The position numbers and the translations under genes were made by a program. The notes under the pieces were generated by a model. That model worked only from the letters and a program-made list of their open reading frames with translations, was not told where the DNA came from and ran no database searches. 64,000 nt of DNA from Callorhinchus milii. Taxonomy: Eukaryota. Of this stretch, positions 12,525-25,375 are shown one piece after another (within the stretch, counting starts at the first letter, position 1; every line of letters begins with the position of its first letter). The stretch is taken from NCBI RefSeq assembly GCF_018977255.1, contig NW_024704742.1, positions 107,820,001-107,884,000 of the forward strand, in the 5' to 3' direction.

Positions 12525-15210
12525 AGAATCATAGAATATTGGAGCACAGAAGAAGGCCATTCAGCCTATCGTGCCTGTGCCCGCTCTTTGGAAGAGCTAC
12601 CCAATCAATCCAACTCTTTCCTCATATCCTTGCAAACCTTTTCCTTTCAAGTATCTATCCAATTCACTTTTGAACGTTGTTATTTATTGTATCTGTTTCC
12701 ACCACCCTTTCAGGCAATGCATTCCAGACCGTAAAAATTCTCCTCATTTCGCCTCTGATTCTTTTGCAAATTATCTTAAATTTATGCCCCTGGTTACCAA
12801 CCCATCTGCCAGTGGAATTATTTCTCCCTATCTCCTGTTATCAAAACCCCTTCATAATTTTGAACACTTCATTAAATCTCCCCATAGCCTATTCTGCTTT
12901 AAGGAGAACAATCCCAGCTTCTCTCGTCTTTCCACATAACTAACTAAAGTCCCTCATCCCTGGTACCTTTCTGGTAAATCTCCTCTGCACCCTCTCCAAG
13001 GCCTTGATATCCTTCCTAAAGTGTAGTGTCCAGACACAATACTCCAGCTGAGGCCTAACCAGTGACTTATAAAGGTTTAGCAGAACATTCTTGCTTTTGT
13101 ACTCTGTGCCTCTATTTATAAAGCGAAGATCCCATATGCTTTCTTAACAGTTCTAACCACCTTCAACAACAACAAAATTACATTTGTAAAGTGCTTTTCA
13201 GTCGGGAGGATGTTCCAAGGTGCTGAACAGTCGGGGCTCAGGACCCAAGCGTGGGGGAGGGGGGGAGGGTTGCGATGAGGAAGGGTAGAGAAGGAGAGCA
13301 TCTGAAGGTACGGTTGAAAAGGAGGGTCTTCAGTCGAGCCTTGAAGGAGGCAAGAGAGGGAGTAAGGCGAAGGGATTGTGGGATGGAGTTCCAAAGGGTA
13401 GGGGCAGAGAGGCTGAAAGCCCGGCTGCCGATGGTAGGACAGGTCAGGCGGGAAACATGGAGCAGGCCGGAACCTGCTGAACAGAGGGAGCGGACAGGCC
13501 ATGGAGGACCTTGAAAATGAGGATAAGGATTTTGAATTTTATCGTCTGACAGATGGGGAGCCAGGGGAGCTGGGCGAAAGTAGGGGTGATGTGATCATGG
13601 AGCCTGGTGTGGGAGAGGATTTGAGGTCTCGATGATCTGGATGATCTGCAGCTTGTGGAGGGAAGAGTTGGGGAGGCTGACGAGGGAATTTCCGTAGTCG
13701 AGCCTTGAGGTGACGAATGCGTGTATGAGGGTTTTGGCGGCCTGCGAGGTGAGGCATTGGTGGAGTCGGACAATTTTACGGAGGTGGGGGAAGGCAGAGC
13801 GGCTCATGGCACAGATATGGAGGGAAAAGGACAGTTGAAGGTCGAACAAGATGCCCAGGTTCCTAACTGGCTTGGTGAGGTGGAGTGTGTGTCCGTGGAT
13901 GCTAATACTGCCAGTGCACGAGGTGCGGAGGGGCTAGCACAAGCCAATCAGGAAGGCATCGGTCTTGCTGACATTCAACTATAGAAAGTTGGCTCTCATC
14001 CAGAACTTGATGTCTGACAGGCAGTCTGTCAGGACATCAGTTGTACTGGAATCGAAGGTGGAGGCAGAGAGATAGAGTTGGGTGTCATCTGCACGTAAAT
14101 GTGGAAGTTGACCACATGTCTGCGGATGATGTCACCAAGGTGGAGCATGTAGAGGTTGAAGAGGAGGAGACTGAGGACAGAGCCCTGAGGAACACCGCAC
14201 AAGACTGCGAAGGGGCTGGAAGAGAAAGTGTTGGCGGAGACATATTGAGATGGCGTGAGAGATAAGACCTGAACCATTCAAGGACAGATTGAGGTGAGAG
14301 GAGAAGCGGTGGAGGAGGATGGAGTGGTCCACAGTATCAAAAGCAGCAGATGAGGAAGCAGAGGGAGCCCTAGTCACAGATGGACAGGATGTCATTTGTC
14401 ACCTTGACCAGAACAATTTCCGTGCTGTGAGTGTTGCGTTTTGACTCAACATTGCCCAACCTGGGAAACAACACCAAGCAGCCTGCAAGGGACAGACATA
14501 GGAAGTAGACAGACACTATAGACTAAAGATACTATACTACACCTGGTTTCAGTGGTTTAAACCTGGCTGCTGAAGTGACGTCACGCGGGGAGTTTCAGCC
14601 GTTGGTTTGGACAGAAGGATTTGAAATGGTGGCTACTTGGCTGAGCCTAGTAATGGCTGTCGCTCCCACTCAATCCCCAGCCCTGTTTACTGCTACCTCC
14701 CGATCCTTGAGACCTCTCGGCCTGCTTTGCCATTACCTGCCAGTCTTGTGTATGTGAACCCCCAGGTCTCTGCTCCTGAACCCCCTTGAAATGGTACCAT
14801 TTATTGTATATTGCCTCTCCTCATTCTTCCTCCCAAAATGCATCACCTCACACTTCTCTGCCTTAAACATCATCTGCCATGTGTCTGCCCATTTCACCAG
14901 TCCATCTACATCCTCCTGCAGTCTGCTACCATCCTCCTCACTGTTTATTATGTTCCCAAGTTTTGTGTCATCTGCAAACTTTAAAATTTTGCTCTTTATT
15001 CCCAAGTCCAAGTAATTTATGTATATCCAAAAGACCAGTGGACCTAATACCAACCCCTGGGGAACACCACTGTATACTTTCCCCCAATATAAAAAACAAC
15101 CATTCACCACTACTCTCTGCTTTCCGTCTCCCTGCCAACTTCATATCTATGCTGCCACTGTCCCTTTTGTCAGATACGATTTGCCTTTAATAAATCTGTG
15201 TTGACTGTCA
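12525..15210 (-). mobile_element. CR1 LINE (12525-13163 and ~14745-15210) split by an L2 plus extra sequence
   Basis: tagaatcatagaat tail; GVPQGLVLGP, KFADDTKL and KCEVMHFG in the 14733-15110 ORF; the two halves are colinear. Confidence 0.88.
13164..14432 (-). mobile_element. L2 LINE, 5'-truncated, inserted in CR1
   Basis: (AAC)n reverse-complement tail at 13164; SAAFDTVDH, GVPQGSVL and HAFVTSRLDYGNS peptides. Confidence 0.9.
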
Positions 15211-16723
15211 TTAATTAACTTAGTAATTAACAAGAAATAATAAAATGTTCTCAGTATTAATATTTTGTGTTAAGTTTAAGTTACTTATTTTCCAAGTTCT
15301 ATAATAATCATAAAATGATTGTCCCTAATCTGGACTGCTGTTCCTGTTGTTGATTAAAAGTTTGTTTACAGTTATAGTGATAAAGTTAGACCTGACATTG
15401 AGCTGCACGTCAGATTGTTTGTCTTAATCCTATTGTGTGTCTGAAAAGTTACAAAATTGGCTTAACCAAGACGTAACTTGTCCCTAGACCTGCCAATTTT
15501 AAGGTAAATAGTGTGTGTCTAAGTTCTACGAGACCCTAGGCTGTGTGAAGGGCACTGTTTAGGCACTATGCAAATTGTTGTTATCACAAATAAGATGTTG
15601 TGAAATATCAATTTACTTAAAAAAAATTGTATTTTTAAAGATGATCAGCTTTTGATTAAAACATGGACTGATCATCTCACATTAATCCTTTTTAGAACTG
15701 AATAAAACCACATTATGACTTTTATAGTCTAATGTTCACAAACATTTGTAGTGATTTTTGAGGTTATAATCTTTCCTCTGAGTTGAGATATCAGGTTTAA
15801 ACCACCAAAGCGTTGCTTTGAGTTTATCATGTTATCTGAACAATTTAATGAGATTGCAGCTTGTTATTCAGGCTGGGAGGTATCCCCGGTTCTCTATAGC
15901 ATGAATGATGGTATGCTTAGGCCAGCTGTGAAAAATGTGGAACATTTTCACTGTTGAGATCCCAGTTCTTCCTCAGATCCATGCGTAAACTGGTCCTTTA
16001 TTGATTTAAAATTAATGGGAGATGAATGTGTAGTTTTGTGAATGAGTTAATGAAGAAAATGTTTGTTTTTTGTGGTGTCTGAAATGCAAAATTAATTGAT
16101 AATGCTGCAAATTATAGAAATATTTGCAAATTTTAATGGTATTCCTCAGGAGTGGATAACAAGCTCTGGAAAGATAAGGGATGAAAGAACCTAAAATTAG
16201 TATTAAAAGTCATTTTTGAAACTTTAGCATAAGTTTCAATATTGAAGAAACATGATTGGCTGATTTGCTTGTGCAGTGTTGAAGTTGCCTTTTGTTTTTC
16301 AACGATGGCATAAAATTTACTTCTGCCAATTAGGACACTCGTTCTTTTAAATGTATATTTGGTTACATGAATTATCCAGTTCAATAAATTAGTATATGTT
16401 CATTCGCTAGAATAAGCTTGCCAAAATCCGAGTGGACAATTGATTGATTTTTACTTTGTAAAATTTAAACCATCGCTCAAATAGTTAAATGAGTATCTAT
16501 TGTATTGAACAGTACTTGTATAGCACTGAATAGATTCCAAGATTGATTGAATAATAATTTCCTGCTACTACATAGGTTAGTTGTTCAAGGTGGTAAAATA
16601 AAAGCAGTGAATGTATTTCTGCGATAATGGTGCTGTCAGTTTTCGATAGCAAGCAGCATGAATGACTAAATCAAACTTATATCTAATGTCTTGCAACATC
16701 GTATTGTGCCACCTGGTTTACAG

Positions 16724-17715
16724 CAACAACTTGCACTTATATAGCACCCTTTACACAGGGTAGCGTCTCAGAACGCTTAAAAGTGGTGGAATCTGAATCT
16801 GAGCCTGTGGGGGTGGGGGAGGTAACCGTAAGTATGGTCGAAAAGGAAGGTTTTCAGGTGAGACTTGAAAAAGGGGAGAGAGGGGGCAAGGCGAAGGGAG
16901 TGTTCCAGAGCTTCGGGGCAGAGTGGCTGAAAGTGCGACCTACAATAGTAGAGCGGCAGGTGCAAGTGACAAGCAGAAGGCTGGTGCCAGTCGAGTGGAG
17001 GCGCCGGGTGGTGGACTGGGGAGTGAGGTAGGGAGGTACCATAGTGTGAATGGATTTAAACACGAGTGTGAGGATCTTGAAGTCGATCCGTTCCTTGATG
17101 GGGAGCCAGTGGAGCCTGGACAGAACTGGTGAGATAGGGGTACAGAGTCTGGTCCGGGCAGATATGCGGGCAGCAGAGTTCTGAATGAGCTGCATTTTTT
17201 GAATAGTGGAGCTGGGGAGACAGGTGAGGAGTGTATTTGAATAATCCAGGTGAGAGGTGAGAAACCTTGCACAAGGGTTTCGACAGCATTTGGAGTAATG
17301 TACGGTCGGAGGCGCGCGACGTGACTGAGGTGGAGGATGGAGCCCTGGGGTTCCCCATAGATGACCGGGCAGGCGCGGGAGGAAAGACCATTTGCTGAGA
17401 TGAGTGGAGGAAGTTGGTTAAGTAGGCTCGAACCATGCGAGTGCGGTCCCACTAAAGTGGATGAGGGAGGAGAGGCAGGGGAAGAGGATGGTGTGATCGA
17501 CTGTGTCGAACGTGGCAGAGAGGTCCAGGAAGACAAGGAGGCAGAGGGAGCCCTGGTCACAGATAGAGAGGACATCATTTGTGACTTTGACAAGTCTTAA
17601 AATGCAACAATGCGTTCCAGGACTTTACCAGCGAAGGGGAGGTTGGAAATGGGATGGTAGTATGAGCGATTAGATGGATCGAGGGTGGGTTTTTNGAGGA
17701 AGACTTTGATAACAA
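16724..17715 (-). mobile_element. L2 LINE fragment with internal deletions
   Basis: QLIQNSAAR..LHWLPIKERIDFKIL..GRTFSHSAPKLWN; reverse-complement tail at 16724; single assembly N at 17695. Confidence 0.9.
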
Positions 17716-18107
17716 TCCAGAAATGGAGCCAATTGTGGATCTAATAGAGTGGAAAATGTTCTAAAGGGATCATTCAGATACCATATTTGTAATAATATAA
17801 TCCTTGCATTTGTAATGAGTGGTACTCGCTATGAATGGAAGATAATTGTGCTAATTTATGTGCTTTTGTTTCTATTTCTGTTTTTTTCATTTTTAACTTG
17901 CGTCAGATGTCAGTGTGTGCTAATAAAATAATAATAAATAAATAATAATAAAGTGTGCTAATAAAATAATTGGGGTGTTTTCTGACATTCACATTTTTGA
18001 GAGGAGATATTTTATTTTTGGCAATGAAATATATTTTAAGTCAACATCTTAATTAAGACATGCAGGAAAAGACCATGCTTGGGCCCTGACAACTGACTGT
18101 TCAGTGC

Positions 18108-18584
18108 TTTGGGACGTCCTCCCGATGTGAAAGGCGCTCTATAAATGTAATTTTGTTGTTGTTGTTGTTGATAACTTGCAATGCATTATTTTATCTTTTT
18201 ATATTGGATATTTTTTATATGCCTTTTTAAGTTCTGTGCAATCACTGCTTAAGAAATAGCCAGATATAAACAACCTGCACGGCAACCCAGCTATAATGCT
18301 GTGGCCTGGGTCCTTAAGCTCAGAACTCGTCATTGAAACGAAGCATAAATAATGTCTGATTTCTGGGAAGTCATTATAGCATTAGTAGTATTATAGCATT
18401 ATAGCTGGGTTGCCGTGCAGGTTGTTTATATCTGGCTATTTCTTAAGCAGTGATTGCACAGAACTTATAAAGGCATATAAAAAATATCCAATATAAAAAG
18501 ATAAAATAATGCATTGCAAGTTAACAACAACAACAACAAAATTACATTTATAGAGCGCCTTTCACATCGGGAGGAAGTCCCAAA
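18108..18584. repeat. Long inverted repeat; arms 18108-18300 and 18395-18584, ~94-bp spacer
   Basis: Arms are reverse complements with only a few differences; each has an L2 3' tail plus ~130 bp of non-repeat flank. Confidence 0.95.
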
Positions 18585-18996
18585 CCATGCTTTTGTTTTT
18601 ATGCGTAGGCAGCCAGGCAGTCAGTCCATAAACTGGGTTTACAGTAGATCCACACTATAAACACTGTGCTCAACTGAGGCTCCTTCTACCCAATTCTCAA
18701 TTAAAAGATTTTTTTTGCCACAGAAATGACTATTTGGTCAATCAAGCATTCTTCTATAAACCCTATTCTCCTATACCCTACAAAATGTACAGTCAATTCA
18801 CTTTATTCTGTAAAGCACTTTTAAGACATCTGAAAGATATGATGAGGCTTTATATCAAATTCAAGGATTATTATTATATTATTCTATCCATAGAAGAGAT
18901 CTACACAGATGCTCACTATTACCCAAAGAAAGTTGAACAAAAATTCCAGCATACACATCAATTGCTGTATCTCCACTATTCAGCATTGTTATGTAC

Positions 18997-20228
18997 ACTG
19001 GAAAGCCTCATACACATGTTTAGTTACTTCCTCACGAGGCAATCAAAAAAAGGTTTACCGTGCATACCATACTTTTACACTACTGTAAACCAAGCTTATG
19101 GACTGGAAAGCCTCATGCACTTAATTACTTCCTCATGAGGCAATGTGCTACTAATATAATTTTTTTGAACACAGCTGGGTAACATTTAATTCATTCGCTG
19201 CCTCGATTGTGAATGTTAAATTAATTTCAAATCATAGCAAATTTTTAAATTTTGATTTCTTAGTTTATGATGTTCATTACTTCTTAAAGCATCTGTGATC
19301 TTTATATTGATATATATATTATATATAAATAGTATTTATTATTATATATTATTATTACTGTTATATTATTAATATATTATGCTATTATATTGATATATCC
19401 TGATATTGATATTATATCCATATAATGCTCTTGAGTAATTTTTCCAGTTAGGCAAAGTGATCTAAAATTTCCAGACTCGCATCTCACTTCTTTTTTTGAA
19501 TAATGGGTAGCAGTTGCTATCTCCTGGCCCTTGGGTACAATCACGGTAATTATGAACGTCCACTGTTTAAAAATGAAGAAACACTGGAGACATCATGATC
19601 AGTAGTGGATATCAGGTTTGCAAACATAATCAAAAAAAAAGTTTGCTGTGCATACCATACTTCTACACATGTATACAGTTTATTGGAGGTAGTTATTAAA
19701 AAGCCGGCACTAGAAGCTTTCTGTTTGAAAGTACAGGGCACTGAGTTCAAGTTACGCTGGTCACACGTCCAATGTTGCTGATGAATTGTTGAATACATTT
19801 GATCTAGCAAAACAGTAATGAATTTAAGCTCTGCTTCTGCTTATTTTATAAAATGTGTATATTTTAAATGTATAATTGGAAAAAATTGCTTGTAAAAGGG
19901 AAAGTATTATTCTGGCGGGTTTATTTTGTGTTATGTCCTCAATGTTCTTTCTATAACTTTTTGTTCATTCAGTGTATCAAAATGGAAAAAGTTTTGACTC
20001 ACATAATGAGTAATGAGTTGATGAACATAAACGGCTGTATACTATTTATTGGCCAGAGAGAAAATAAAAAGCCTTTCGCTAATCTGAATTCTTATCCGAA
20101 ACATTTTAAAGCCACTCCGGTGCTACTAATATAGAGTTTTTAAAGACAGCTGTGTAACATTTAACTCATTCGCTGCCTCAATTGCGAGTGTTAAATTAAT
20201 TTCAGACCATGGCAAATTTTAAATTTTG
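18997..20228 (+). repeat. Patchwork of local direct duplications
   Basis: 18997-19043 ~ 19102-19144; 19041-19080 ~ 19628-19668; 19145-19254 ~ 20120-20228. Confidence 0.85.
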
Positions 20229-20306
20229 GTTCCGTTTGCTTCTGTGTAACATTTTATGGCTGGAAAAAAAAGTTTCTTTAGCCAGTCAAGTTACATCGAT
20301 TCCTAA

Positions 20307-20598
20307 GCAGGGCAAACTAGGCAAGGTTCCTTACTCCACACGCCTCTGTTTACCTCGCAGTAAGTAGGAACCTGGTTGTTAGTTGATTGGAGGATCGCTT
20401 TCTCGGGATAATAATTCCCTAAAAATTTTTTTTAAAAAAATTGGTCATTTCAATCCACGACTGTTTGTGGGACACTACTGTGCGCAATTGGCTGCCATAT
20501 TTCGCCCACAAAACTTACAGTCAATTCACTTTACTGTGAAGCGTTTGAGACGTCACAATGACATGATAAGGCGCTAAATCAAACGCAAGGATTATTAT
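20307..20598 (+). mobile_element. tRNA-derived SINE lacking most of its head
   Basis: GGCAAGGTTCCTTACTCCACACGCCTCTGTTTACC...GGATTATT. Confidence 0.85.
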
Positions 20599-20714
20599 CT
20601 GCAAAAAGGACATCTGGGCTCCATTAATCAAACCTATTATAGGGTATGTAAGATATACAAAAATGATACCAACTTAGCAAGATGTAGAGCGCATTATTAT
20701 TTTTCATGTGGGGA

Positions 20715-20933
20715 GGTGAAACTAATTTTTTTCACGCACAGCGAGTTGTCTGGATCTGGAATGCATTGCCTGAAAGGGTGTTGGAAAGCGATTCGATAAC
20801 AACGTTCAAGAGAGATTTGGAGGAGTAGTGGGAGAGTGAAGGAGTGGGATTAACTTGGCAACTCTTTTAAAGAGCCAGCAGGGACCAGATGGACCAAATG
20901 GCCTCCTTCTGTGCTGTATGATTCTATGAATCT
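20715..20933 (+). mobile_element. CR1 3' end
   Basis: TGGAATGCATTGCCTGAAAGGGTG...GGCCTCCTTCTGTGCTGTATGATTCTATGA. Confidence 0.8.
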
Positions 20934-23149
20934 GGGATTCTGTGTTCCATTTGCCAATACAAAATTGATCTGGATGAAGAGCGCACAAAGTTTAAGACAA
21001 GGCAATTTTCAATTAAAAATAGATTAATAATTTTTGCCTGGCTCAGTTGTTAACCCTGTGGTTATTTGTATTCAATATGACGAGCAGTTTTATAGCCAAA
21101 GAAATTCAGGTAAACCCATATGAATAATAATAGAAAAGGTAGTTGGAAAAATCTGATGATTCAGATGTCAAGAAACATTAATGCTGTTTATTTCCAATAG
21201 AGATTTAATTTAATCAGGAAGTTGAAAGATTATTTGCTGCTTTATTTAAGTTGTGGGATGTTTCAGTAAGATTAACTGTAAAATCTGTAGATAGTAGTTC
21301 TTGTCCTATATTTTCAATTGTAATTGGCAATGTGTTGGAACAGGGCAGTGACCTTACAGTGGCATTTTTTCCTGTTGGAATGAACACTGATGAAGCAACA
21401 AGGAATCATCAAGCAATATGATCAATTGCAATATCATGATTTACATAAAATAGTCAATTATATTTTGCAGATTCTCTCAAGCACTTTTTGTGGATATACT
21501 TGCACAATTTTAGAAAAGTAGGAGCTAGTTCACATATTTACTTTTGAAAGGTTACGTGTGTGTATATACTGTACATACACTTGTGAGAAACGGAGAGACC
21601 TATGAGTGTTTTGTATTAACATTTATGCTTAGAACTTGTTCCAGTATCCTCAGCAGAACTCTCTTATAAATTATCCTTGCATTTAATGTAGTACCTATTA
21701 TATCAGTATTTCAAAACACTTTAGTGAGCTGTCTGTATTTATAGGTAGGTGAATATGACAAACAGTTTATGGATAGTAATATTCTCTATTTTAAGACATG
21801 ATTGATCATATTTCATTTAAAAAAAACTTTTCAATTTCTCAAATGCTGGCCTCTTTTGCCTCAAGGAGTCCAAAACATTTTTTAAAAAAAAATACAGATT
21901 TGAAATTTGCTTAGATGTTCAATTTATCAGCATTTGTTTCCAGACTGACTTCTTAAATCCTTGTTGTGTTGTTAGCCATTGAACTTGGTAATAGATAGGT
22001 TTTGTCTTTGCATGCAGCAATCTTGTTGATAAAAGATTAGCTTCTTGCTCTGGGCATTTAATTTGCACACCTGATTAGTACACAAAAGCTTCCAATTTAG
22101 AAGTATTCTAAATTAGAAATTGTACCAATCTTCAAAAATGAGAATTAAATAATGCATGCCTAATCAATATTAATATAGTAGTTAACAGTTGAATCTTGTA
22201 TCTAAAAGAATGTGAATGAAGATGGGAGACATCTAGAACATGTTGTGCTCTTGTGAAATGGATTTTAGGTGGTAAAAGTATAGTGAAATAGTAAGTATTT
22301 ACTCCAACTCTAAAAAACAAACTACTTAATATCTCCGGAGCATATTCAAGCTTATATTGTGCATCGGATTGAACAGATGAATTGTGCAACATGATTGTCA
22401 TCTGTCAATTCAAGTATGTAGTACGAACATATGAAAATAAAGCAGAGTTTTCAATGGTTGTGCTGTATTCATTTCTCCACCCTTATTTATGTCAAACATA
22501 TCTGCATTACATTCTCTTTGAAATGTAATACAATTCTATTTATTGTACTATTTGAAAGCATCTTGTTCACTAGCATATACTTGTGCTTAATGCCTTCTTT
22601 ATATTTGAAACTGAAATAGGTGAAGTATTGCCAGTCACAAACAGGTGTGGCTCTACTCCAACAGTTGTGGAACTGGATTTGGTTTGCTTTTGTTCACAAT
22701 TTGTAAGCGTTAAATGCCATTATCAAAAAATGTTTTAATCCATGCATGTGAGCCATTCAGACGCTGGAGGCTATAGCTGAACTCTGGAGTGGCTCTGATA
22801 TTGATTCTACCACTAATATGCCCTTTTCTCCACTTTTGTACCTGGAAGCAGTTATGATAGATGTCATAAATGTGGTCAGCATGATGTGTTCAGATTATGT
22901 TAATGACAAAACAAGCATTAGCAGATCTGGCAGTGGCTATTTGAGTCATGAGGAAAACAATTTGACAATGAAGTTTAGTCTAACACTGAAATGTTTGGTG
23001 TCCATTTCAAAAGTCTAACAGGATAGATGGTGTAAAGTGTTCAGTGTGACCATGTTATGTTAGCTAGTGTAAACTGCAGAACAACTTGCCACCCTGACAC
23101 CAGGAACAACATTTATGTGCAGAGACTTAAAAAGTTGGAACTATTTTTG

Positions 23150-23380
23150 TCAGAGCAAAGAAGATTTTTTAGGAGGGAATCCAAACAAGGTTTTTCAAAA
23201 TTATAAATGGTTTTGATAGGATAAATATAGAAACAATATTTCACTTATTGGCAAATCAGTAACTAGATATAATAAATGAAGATCAGCACAAGCAAAAAAT
23301 AGTTAGAAGAGGGTTGTTGGAATGTGTACAGTATTTTACCATACATGGTTATCAAGTCCATAATAGCATTTAAAAGAACT
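23150..23380 (+). mobile_element. Old CR1 fragment
   Basis: gagcaaagaagatttttaggagggaat..aaaattataaatggttttgatagg resembles the ERRRLRGDLIEVFKI region. Confidence 0.55.
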
Positions 23381-24604
23381 GAATGTCAGTCTACTGTTCT
23401 GTTCTGTTCTGTGTGCTTAAAATATAGGATATCCATCAGCCTTTATGCAAATTTGGTTTTGTTCTAATGATTAAGGAACAGTTAAGCTAAAGAATGGCTG
23501 ATGGCTTTTAATGTCGGTGAAAAGTGGACTCTATACAATGAACCTAACAGTGCTTTTCTATCTATCTATCTATCAAAAATGAGACTGATGACCGTAAAGT
23601 GTAGGTAGAGATATTGAATGTTGCGTGGAACAAGTTCCCAAGTTGACCTGACCATTGGAATGAACAATGTTGGGTGAAGAATAATGTAGTCATTCTAAAG
23701 TTCACGTGGTCACAAGAGTTTCAGTTGAAGAAGGCTCTTCATTCCAATTGATCTCATCCTTCCAGAATGCCCAAACTTCTGTCCTCCCATTACAGCATCA
23801 ACTAGTTCTTAAATGAACTCAGCATTAGTTTACCTTGTTGGGGTTTACAGGAAAAAACATTGTAGATCATTTTAATGAAGCAACGATTTGGTTTGGGTAG
23901 AGGCAAAGCCCAAGAATGAGAAGATTGAATCTTGTCTGTTGAAGGGATTATCTGAATTGTCTTTGCTAGTTCCTTGTTGTCTCTTAAGACTCACTGTGAC
24001 TATTCAACTGTGTACGCTTTGAATAGTGATGTCTATATTAAATGCAGTTTTGTGGAAATTGACTGATATAAGCTAGCTGCTGTTTGTTCTCTATGTGGTG
24101 GCTTTGCATATGTGTATCATGTAAAATACCGGAGAATATTCTTTGCAGAACGCAGTAAGCCATATTCGATTAAATAACTTGAACACCATATATCTGTCTG
24201 TGTTAAGAGTTTAAGCGGTAGCTCGTGTTCAAACAGATACATCATTCAAGTATCCTTTATACACAAAAGTTGCACACCTAGAACATCAACACATCACAAG
24301 GCATTTTGATCTTTTAAGGCACTTTGATCTCTCTTTCTTGCTGTATAATGATGCTTTCCCTGGTTGATGTTTACATTTCTCCATTGTGAGCAGATGGCAT
24401 AACTCAAGTCATTTATCTACGGGGATCAGTTCAGTGCTTTCTTGTACTCCGGGGATCTATTCTAGCAGAGGCACCGATTTCTGCCAAACTCTATTTCTCA
24501 GACTGATGATAGTAGTTGTTTTTATGCTCCTGGTGTCAATGAACTACAGCAACAGTTTTATATTTATTTAACGCCTTTCACATCGGGAGGACATCTTGAA
24601 ACAC

Positions 24605-25375
24605 TGACTGGGAGACCAAGTCTTTTTTTGGTCAGCCGGATGTCTGACACATGCGGAAACCCATCACCATGTTTAAGAGTATCCAAACCAAACTGAAAAT
24701 TCCACGCATCCCACCTACACACGGAAATTTCATTGATCAACCTCGCATTTGATATCGTACCTTATCACATCTTGGAGATGTCTCAAAGCGCTTCACAGGA
24801 TGTACTGTAAAGTAAATTGACTGTATATTTTGTGGGCAAAGCACGGCAGCCAATTGCACGTAGCAATGTCCCACAACCAGATATAAATTGTTGGAATGGG
24901 ATGCACACTCTCTCCCTGGATCGTTCCTAATTCTGTAAAGTATTTGGCGCAGGTTGGCAAGAAGCAAGACTTGGGGTACTGCTGGAGTCTATCCAGCTAA
25001 AACCGCGAAACTTGCCATTGATATTACTTTCTTATCAAGCTTTCCTGCTGCTTATTCAGCTGGGACCACCCAAACAGTTAGGACTTTAGCTTGCAGGGTT
25101 AACAGGAGATAAGTGGGAGATTCCCGGCCCCCAGTGACTGGTCTGCCCTTCCAAGCCCTGCTGATGAGCCAGGCTGTCTGTTGGCATCAACAGTGCCTGG
25201 AATACTGCAGACCCGCCTGGCTCAGGAAGATGATTATCGAGACCGCAGCAGACCCAGGCTTGATTCTGAAATTCTGTTGCCAAACATGCCACGTTGGAGC
25301 CAGTTCAGTTCCAAGGAGACCTTGCTTACCTCCCCCCGTCCCCCACTCTCCCCAAGAAGGATAGTTTTGTGTTTC
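24605..25375 (-). repeat. Family X, longest copy, with a nested antisense SINE tail (~24737-24880)
   Basis: Reverse complement matches 42355-42760 and 44215-45270; same orientation as 55245-55745. Confidence 0.75.

Noticed and set aside
17695..17695. Single N base
   Set aside because: Assembly ambiguity inside an L2; no biological meaning.
17915..17970. GTGTGCTAATAAAATAAT direct repeat around an AAT-rich run; similar 21-bp tandem at 55771-55811
   Set aside because: Ordinary slippage-type tandem duplications.
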